From: a virus
Lineage: Duplodnaviria > Heunggongvirae > Uroviricota > Caudoviricetes
DNA length: 10,809 bases
Strand: one strand, 5' to 3'
IMG/VR virus record: IMGVR_UViG_2648501437_000027
Notes under the pieces: generated by a model
The model's database searches: none
Seen by the model: only the letters and a program-made list of their open reading frames with translations
What the model was told of the DNA's origin: nothing
In this document: positions 5,640-10,809 of the stretch, piece by piece
Layout of the letters: every line of letters begins with the position of its first letter
How positions within the stretch are numbered: position 1 is the stretch's first letter
Translations under genes and position numbers: made by a program

Positions 5640-8439
5640 TATCCGGGTCGCTTTCAGCGCCGTTGACAGGCTGACCCGGCCTGCCGAAAACGCCCGCCGC
5701 CTGATGGGGCAGTTTGGTGACTCCATCCAGCGAACGCAGGGGGCGATCAAAAATCTCGAGCGTCAGGCGCGTTCATTTGAGCGCGCCCGTGACGCTGTCA
5801 GTAAAGCGGATGCTGGCATATTGAAAGCGCGACGCCAGCTTAACGCCCTTAATCAGTTACAACACACGGGTACAGTGCTCAGCGAAAAACAACAAAAGCT
5901 GATGCAGCAGTTAAGCACCCGGCTTGAACGCCTGAATGAATCGCGCACACGGGAGATTCAGAAAATGCGGGAGCTTGGCGGAGAGCTGAAACGCCACGGC
6001 ATTTCCCTGACAGGCAGCGATAACACCATTCAACAGGCCATCAGACGCACCGAACAGTACAACAACCAGCTTGAACGCGAACGGCAGGCGCTTGCGCGTG
6101 TAACGCGGGCGCGTGAGCGGTATTCGCGCGCGCAGGAAACCGCGGGAAAACTGAAAACAGGTGGTGCACTGGCAACAGGTGCGGCAGCGGCGGGCGGCTA
6201 TGCTGCCGGGCGTTTTTTGCAGCCCGCGATTGGGTTCGGGAAAGAGATGTCCCGCGTTCAGGCACTGACGCGAATCGACAAAAACAGCCCACAGTTTAAG
6301 GCGCTGCGTGAGCAGGCGTTAAAACTTGGCTCTGAAACGCAGTTCACCGCTGGAGATGCCGCCAGTGGACAGGCATTTCTTGCAATGGCTGGTTTTACTC
6401 CGCAGGCCATTCAGGCTGCGCTTCCCGGCGTGCTGAGCATGGCAACGGCTGGCGGTATGGATCTCGGCGAGACGGCGGATATTGGCTCAAATATCCTGAC
6501 GCAGTTCGGCCTCTCTGCTGACCAGATGGACCGGGTTGGCGACACGCTTACAGCGGCGTTTACCCGTACCAACACTGACCTTCGCGCGCTGGGCGAAACC
6601 ATGAAATATGCAGGTCCGGTGGCGGGTAAGCTGGGAATATCGCTGGAGCAGGCCGCTGCGATGGCGGGCGTGCTGGCGAATATGGGCATCAGAGGGAGTG
6701 ATGCCGGGACGGCAATGCGCGCCAGCCTGGCTCGTCTGGCATCACCGCCAAAGGCGGCAGCAGAGGCGCTGAAAGAGCTGGGTGTGGCTGTCTCTGACGC
6801 GAACGGCAAAATGCGCCCGATGGAGGATGTACTGGCCGACCTTTATAAAGCCACCCGCAAATACGGGGAAGTTGACCGGGTATCGTTCTTTAAGGACATT
6901 GCCGGAGAAGAGGCTTTCACATCGTTTATGGCGCTCGTTGATGCAGCGGGTGACGGCTCCTTACCCAAACTGAGAAAAGAACTTGAAGGCGCGCGCGGTG
7001 AGGCTGAACGCACAGCAAAGGTTATGGCCAACAACCTTGACGGTGATCTGAAATCACTCGGCAGTGCATGGGAAGGGTTGCGCATCCGCATTGCAGATCT
7101 GATTGACGGTCCGCTGCGTTCTGTCACGCAGTGGCTCACGCGGGTGGTATCAAAGGTGACGGCGCTGGCGCAGGCCCATCCGGCACTGACGCGCCAGCTA
7201 CTGATTGCAGGTGGGGCATTGCTGGCGATGACTGCAACGGTCGGCTCGTTGTCGTTGGCTATTGGTGTGCTTGCTGGCCCGCTGGCAAAACTGCGTCTTG
7301 GCTTTTCCCTCCTGACCGGATCAATGAATGCTGTCAGGCTCCTGCCAGCACTATGGGGAATGGTGACGGGTTCCGTTTCGTTACTGGGGGGCGCTATCGG
7401 GGCGCTGTTCAGCCCGGTCGGATTGATTGCTGCTGCGTTTGTGGCTGCGGCGGTTCTCATCTGGAAATACTGGGAACCCATCAAGGCGTTTTATGCAGGG
7501 GTGTTCAGTGGGATTATGGAACGGCTGGCTCCGTTGCGCGAAACCTTTGAACGGTTCGGTCCAGTTTTTGATGTCGTGCGCGATGGGATTATTCAGGTCT
7601 TTAACTGGTTTAAATCGCTGCTGTCACCGATGGAGTCCAGCAAGGAAACGCTGGATAAATGTACCAGTGCTGGCGAGGTATTCGGCAGGGTACTCGGTGG
7701 AGCGATAGAGCTTGTCCTGACGCCAACAAAAGCATTGATGGATTCACTGGCGTGGATACTTGAAAAGCTCGGAGTGCTTCCGGATGAAGCGGAACGGGCG
7801 AGAAAGAAAATAGAGAACGCTTCAAAGGCTCCTGTAATGTGGGAATGGGATCCGGTTCTCAAGAAAATGGTTCAGAAACCATGGACTCCCGGCCCGGCCC
7901 CGTCAGATAAGGTCGACGACAAAAAAGGCGATAAACCCAGAGACAACAAACCGCTCACAGACAACAATACCGGTACGCTACGCAGACTCAGCAAAATTGC
8001 TGATAACACAGGTAAGCTGGTTGATGAGACGAAAAAACGCATTGGCCCCGGCGATATTGTCTTTAAGAACCTGCCCCGCGCACTTGCTGTTCGTGGGGAG
8101 TGGCAGGAGCGGAAGATTGCGCAGGTCAGTAAGCCTGCCCCCGCAATTACTATCACACCCGTGGTTCCGGCTCCGCTGCCTCCGGCGCTGGTCCCTGTTG
8201 TTGCGGCCAGCTCCCGCCCGGTGGCGGAGGCTATACGATCGCCAGTGGCATCAGTTCCTGCAACTTCCCGTAACCGGGAGCCTGTTGCCTCCGGATTTGG
8301 CGGTGAAATTCATGTTCATCTGCATAACGTTGTTACACAGAATCCCCGCGAACTGGCGAAACTGGTTGGCGAAATGGTCAGGGCAGAAATGGAACGGCGC
8401 GCCCGTGCCGGGCGTGGCAGTTTTTACGATAAAGATTGA
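5626..8439 (+). CDS. T: Tail tape measure protein (P2 gpT-like), about 937-949 aa depending on start
   Basis: Very long ORF following E/E', with a coiled-coil-like N-terminal part, a central Ala/Gly-rich region, hydrophobic segments (LLIAGGALLAMTATVGSLSLAIGVLAG) and a Pro/Ala-rich C-terminal region, typical of tape measure proteins. Start ambiguous among GTG 5590, ATG 5617 and ATG 5626. Confidence 0.88.
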   Translation: MKTLDIRVAFSAVDRLTRPAENARRLMGQFGDSIQRTQGAIKNLERQARSFERARDAVSKADAGILKARRQLNALNQLQHTGTVLSEKQQKLMQQLSTRLERLNESRTREIQKMRELGGELKRHGISLTGSDNTIQQAIRRTEQYNNQLERERQALARVTRARERYSRAQETAGKLKTGGALATGAAAAGGYAAGRFLQPAIGFGKEMSRVQALTRIDKNSPQFKALREQALKLGSETQFTAGDAASGQAFLAMAGFTPQAIQAALPGVLSMATAGGMDLGETADIGSNILTQFGLSADQMDRVGDTLTAAFTRTNTDLRALGETMKYAGPVAGKLGISLEQAAAMAGVLANMGIRGSDAGTAMRASLARLASPPKAAAEALKELGVAVSDANGKMRPMEDVLADLYKATRKYGEVDRVSFFKDIAGEEAFTSFMALVDAAGDGSLPKLRKELEGARGEAERTAKVMANNLDGDLKSLGSAWEGLRIRIADLIDGPLRSVTQWLTRVVSKVTALAQAHPALTRQLLIAGGALLAMTATVGSLSLAIGVLAGPLAKLRLGFSLLTGSMNAVRLLPALWGMVTGSVSLLGGAIGALFSPVGLIAAAFVAAAVLIWKYWEPIKAFYAGVFSGIMERLAPLRETFERFGPVFDVVRDGIIQVFNWFKSLLSPMESSKETLDKCTSAGEVFGRVLGGAIELVLTPTKALMDSLAWILEKLGVLPDEAERARKKIENASKAPVMWEWDPVLKKMVQKPWTPGPAPSDKVDDKKGDKPRDNKPLTDNNTGTLRRLSKIADNTGKLVDETKKRIGPGDIVFKNLPRALAVRGEWQERKIAQVSKPAPAITITPVVPAPLPPALVPVVAASSRPVAEAIRSPVASVPATSRNREPVASGFGGEIHVHLHNVVTQNPRELAKLVGEMVRAEMERRARAGRGSFYDKD

Positions 8440-8451
8440 GGAGTCATGGCC

Positions 8452-8940
8452 ATGATGATGATCTATGGCATGTTTGTTTTTGAGCTGCGCACGCTGCCGC
8501 ATCAGCAGTTACAGCAAAACAAAAGCTGGCGGCATGTGAAAAATGAACGCGTTAACCGTTCAGCAAGCTGGCAGTATATCGGCGCAGGTGATGATCGCAT
8601 CGTGCTTTCCGGCGTGCTTTATCCTGAAATTACAGGTGGCGAAGTGTCGCTTTCGTTGCTGACCACGCAGGCATATACAGGACGCCCCTGGCCTCTGATT
8701 GATGGTGTCGGGCAGATTTACGGCATGTATGTACTGACTGAAACGAATACGACCCGTTCCGAGTTTGATCGCTACGGCAAGGCGAAAAAGATAGAGTTTT
8801 CACTGACCCTTGAACGCTGTGATGAGGATTTGCGGGAGCGCCTGCAATCCTCATCGTTCAGCGATATGCTGTCCGGCTTCAAAGATAAGGTCACATCATC
8901 CCTTAACAGCGCGGCCAGCTCCGTTAAAGGGCTGTTCTGA
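8452..8940 (+). CDS. U: Tail protein gpU-like (tail terminator/tail completion), about 162 aa
   Basis: Begins MMMIYGMFVFEL…, resembling the P2 gpU N-terminus as I recall it, and sits directly after T. GAGGAG lies 8 nt upstream of ATG 8452; the earlier ATG at 8446 is too close to the SD. Confidence 0.82.
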   Translation: MMMIYGMFVFELRTLPHQQLQQNKSWRHVKNERVNRSASWQYIGAGDDRIVLSGVLYPEITGGEVSLSLLTTQAYTGRPWPLIDGVGQIYGMYVLTETNTTRSEFDRYGKAKKIEFSLTLERCDEDLRERLQSSSFSDMLSGFKDKVTSSLNSAASSVKGLF

Positions 8941-8951
8941 TTTAACACAAA

Positions 8952-8986
8952 AACCGCTAATGGCCAGATTAGCGGTTATTTTGTTT
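8952..8986. terminator. Bidirectional intrinsic terminator between convergent U and the invertase gene
   Basis: Perfect 10-bp stem AACCGCTAAT (8952-8961) / ATTAGCGGTT (8968-8977) with a 6-nt loop, followed by ATTTTGTTT on the plus strand and by TTTTTGTGTT on the minus strand. The invertase stop codon (8971-8969) lies inside the stem. Confidence 0.65.
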
Positions 8987-9559
8987 ACTCTTCTCAATTG
9001 TTCCACTTGATTCTCCTGCGGGGTGGTAACGATAAATTGTCGATATACCAATGCTGTAAATTATTGCCAGTTGTTTTCTGTCGTGACCGTTTTTAATCAG
9101 CCTTGCTATTTGCTCATGCTGTTCTTTTGTCAGCTTCGGTCGACGTCCGCCTGTGCGCCCCCGTGCGCGCGCTGCCGCCAGTCCGGCCAGTGTACGTTCA
9201 ACAATTAATTCACGTTCCATTTCAGCCAGGGCACCCATCACGTGGAAGAAAAAACGCCCCATTGGAGAAGATGTATCTATGCTGTCGGTCAGACTACGAA
9301 AATTAATCCCTCGCTCCCGTAGTTCCCCGACGAGAGAAATCAGATGTTTCATGCTTCGCCCGAGGCGATCCAGTTTCCAGACAACCAGCGTGTCACCTTG
9401 TTGAAGGCGCTTTAAAGCGCGTTTTAATCCCGGTCGGTCAGTCTTTGTCCCGCTTAATTTATCTTCAAATATTTGTTCACATCCTGCACAAACAAGAGCG
9501 TTTCGTTGCAGGTCTGTATTCTGGTCATTTGTTGATACCCTTACATAGCCAATCAGCAC
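8969..9559 (-). CDS. Serine DNA invertase of the Gin/Cin/Pin/Hin family, about 196 aa
   Basis: Translation LIGYVRVSTNDQNTDLQRNAL…VVWKLDRLGRSMKHL… is near-identical in its N-terminal catalytic region to Mu Gin as I recall it, including the catalytic Ser in VRVSTNDQ. Start placed at GTG 9559 (aligns with the Gin N-terminus MLIGYVRVS), with GGGAGA SD upstream; the ORF-track start at 9583 is also GTG. Confidence 0.9.
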   Translation of the reverse strand: MLIGYVRVSTNDQNTDLQRNALVCAGCEQIFEDKLSGTKTDRPGLKRALKRLQQGDTLVVWKLDRLGRSMKHLISLVGELRERGINFRSLTDSIDTSSPMGRFFFHVMGALAEMERELIVERTLAGLAAARARGRTGGRRPKLTKEQHEQIARLIKNGHDRKQLAIIYSIGISTIYRYHPAGESSGTIEKSKQNNR

Positions 9560-9613
9560 GCTGAATCTCCCGTCCAAAAGCACAAATCATGCCATGCAGG
9601 CCAGAAACCGCCA

Positions 9614-9639
9614 TTATCTAAAACCTCGGTTTACAGGAA
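9614..9639. other. gix/cix/hix-like 26-bp crossover site for the invertase (boundary of an invertible tail-fibre segment)
   Basis: TTATCTAAAACC-TC-GGTTTACAGGAA: two imperfectly inverted 12-bp half-sites with identical inner AAACC/GGTTT around a 2-bp core. As I recall it, it differs from the Mu gix sequence by about one base. It lies 55 bp from the invertase start. Confidence 0.75.
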
Positions 9640-10809
9640 ACGGTAAATCAGGCTTCTGGTGCATTACAGAAAAACCAGAACGGCGCAGATATTCCCGATA
9701 AAAAACTATTCCTGCGTAATATCGGCACAACAAATTCAACAACCATGTCTTTTAGTGGTGGTGCTGGATGGTTCAAACTGGCAACTGTAACAATGCCACA
9801 AGCCAGTTCCGTGGTTTACATAAGCCTGATTGGTGGCGCAGGGTATAACGTTGGCTCCTCGCATCAAGCAGGCATCTCTGAGCTGGTTCTGCGTGCAGGA
9901 AATGGGAATCCAAAAGGCATTACTGGTGCATTATGGCGACGGACATCGGTTGGATTTACTAATTTTGCATGGGTGAATACATCCGGTGATACCTATGATG
10001 TTTATGTTGAAATAGGTAATTACGCCACAGGTGTTAATATTCAGTGGGATTATACCAGTAACGCCAGCGTAACGATTCATACATCACCATCTTATACAGC
10101 GAATAAACCAACAGGTCTGACAGATGGAACTGTATATGTAATTTACAGTTCGCACATTAAACCGACTGCTGCTGAGGTTGGGGCGTTGTCATTATCTGGC
10201 GGTCAATTGAATGGTGCACTGGGCATCGGAACATCCAGTGCTCTTGGCGGTAACTCGATTGTTTTAGGAGATAACGATACCGGGTTTAAACAAGGTGGTG
10301 ATGGGGTGCTGGATGCTTATGCTAATGGTTCGCATGTATTCAGCTTTAGAAGTGGTTCAGCAATATCATTTAAGGGTATTCAGGCTGGGGAAAGTAAGCT
10401 ATTCACTCTTTCAAGTGCAAATAACTCTGCCTGTAATGCATCATTTAACTTGTGGGGAAATTCGTCAAGACCAACTGTTGCAGAGCTTGGTGATGATTCA
10501 GGCTGGCATTTCTATAGTCAGCGAAATACAGATAACTCAGTGATATTTGCTGTAAACGGTCAGATACAACCAAGCAACTGGGGTAACATTGATTCCCGCT
10601 ATGTGAGAGATATCAGACTTGGTTCACAGCAATATTATGGAGTGAACAACTGGCAAACATGGAATTTCCAGTGCCCTTCAGGTCATGTACTGTCTGGTAT
10701 AAATGTTCAGGATACAGGGTCCCACTCTGCCGATAATATAGCTGGCGTTTATTACAGACCTGTTCAAAAGTATATAAATGGCACCTGGTATAATGTAGCG
10801 AGCGTTTAA
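9622..10809 (+). CDS. Tail-fibre variable C-terminal segment (Sv'/H'-like), currently in the silent orientation; no start codon of its own
   Basis: The frame opens immediately after a TAA (9619-9621) inside the gix-like site and runs to TAA at 10807-10809. Gly/Ser/Asn/Thr-rich with a …YYRP…NGTWYNV… C-terminus typical of enterobacterial phage tail-fibre tips. The first ATG (9745) has no RBS, consistent with expression only after fusion to a constant N-terminal part upon inversion. Confidence 0.75.
   Translation, partial: NLGLQETVNQASGALQKNQNGADIPDKKLFLRNIGTTNSTTMSFSGGAGWFKLATVTMPQASSVVYISLIGGAGYNVGSSHQAGISELVLRAGNGNPKGITGALWRRTSVGFTNFAWVNTSGDTYDVYVEIGNYATGVNIQWDYTSNASVTIHTSPSYTANKPTGLTDGTVYVIYSSHIKPTAAEVGALSLSGGQLNGALGIGTSSALGGNSIVLGDNDTGFKQGGDGVLDAYANGSHVFSFRSGSAISFKGIQAGESKLFTLSSANNSACNASFNLWGNSSRPTVAELGDDSGWHFYSQRNTDNSVIFAVNGQIQPSNWGNIDSRYVRDIRLGSQQYYGVNNWQTWNFQCPSGHVLSGINVQDTGSHSADNIAGVYYRPVQKYINGTWYNVASV

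Larger units (their letters stand above)
1..10809. mobile_element. P2-family prophage late region (tail morphogenesis, late activator, tail-fibre inversion module); the window probably lies entirely inside or at one end of the prophage
   Basis: Co-occurrence of ORFs whose translations resemble P2 Ogr, gpD, FI, FII, E/E', T and U, plus a Gin-like invertase and tail-fibre segment. Prophage ends are not identifiable inside the window. Confidence 0.8.

Noticed and set aside
6843-7484. 213-aa minus-strand ORF, and other long ORFs (6411-6809 minus, 7131-7550 plus, 7427-7708 plus, 7872-8156 minus, 7997-8455 plus) inside the tape measure gene
   Set aside because: They lie entirely within and antisense to, or out of frame with, the well-supported T gene; they are GC-rich with Arg/Ala/Pro/Ser-rich low-complexity translations and lack RBSs. 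Typical spurious ORFs of high-GC coding DNA.
8944-8969. Possible second gix-like site at the U/invertase junction that might explain inversion of the FI-U block
   Set aside because: Only about 11 of 26 positions match the 9614-9639 site; the AAAACC similarity is part of the terminator hairpin arm. No recombination site is supported here.
8969-9583. Invertase start at the ORF-track coordinate 9583 (MLLDGRFSVLIGY…)
   Set aside because: That start is also GTG and adds 8 residues not present in Gin-family N-termini as I recall them. The GTG at 9559 aligns with MLIGYVRVS and has a GGGAGA SD, so I report 8969-9559 instead, with residual uncertainty.
1-10809. CRISPR arrays, tRNA/rRNA genes, IS elements or transposase genes
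   Set aside because: No direct-repeat/spacer periodicity, no tRNA-like cloverleaf candidates and no transposase-like ORFs were seen. The only site-specific recombinase is the serine invertase.

Overview
This window reads as the late/tail end of a P2-family prophage from an enterobacterial-type genome, with all calls made by eye from the translations and sequence (no searches run). Left to right: a Hok/Gef-like type I toxin with an overlapping mok-like frame (1-322, minus strand), an Ogr/Delta-type zinc-finger late activator (332-592, minus), a strongly AT-rich 386-aa orphan gene (794-1954, plus) sitting between ogr and gene D, the gpD baseplate-hub gene (2085-3191, minus), then a plus-strand block of tail sheath FI, tail tube FII, chaperone E with its frameshift extension E', tape measure T and gpU (3349-8940). 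A bidirectional terminator follows, then a Gin/Pin/Cin/Hin-family serine DNA invertase (8969-9559, minus), a 26-bp gix-like crossover site (9614-9639) and a promoterless tail-fibre variable segment in the silent orientation (9622-10809, plus). The most interesting candidate is the AT-rich single-gene insertion between D and ogr, which looks like a horizontally acquired cargo or defence gene of unknown family. Other notable points are that the FI-U block is inverted relative to D/ogr compared with the canonical P2 FETUD-ogr order, the E/E' shift must occur at an A7 run rather than the P2-type T6G site, and the tail-fibre inversion switch is intact.
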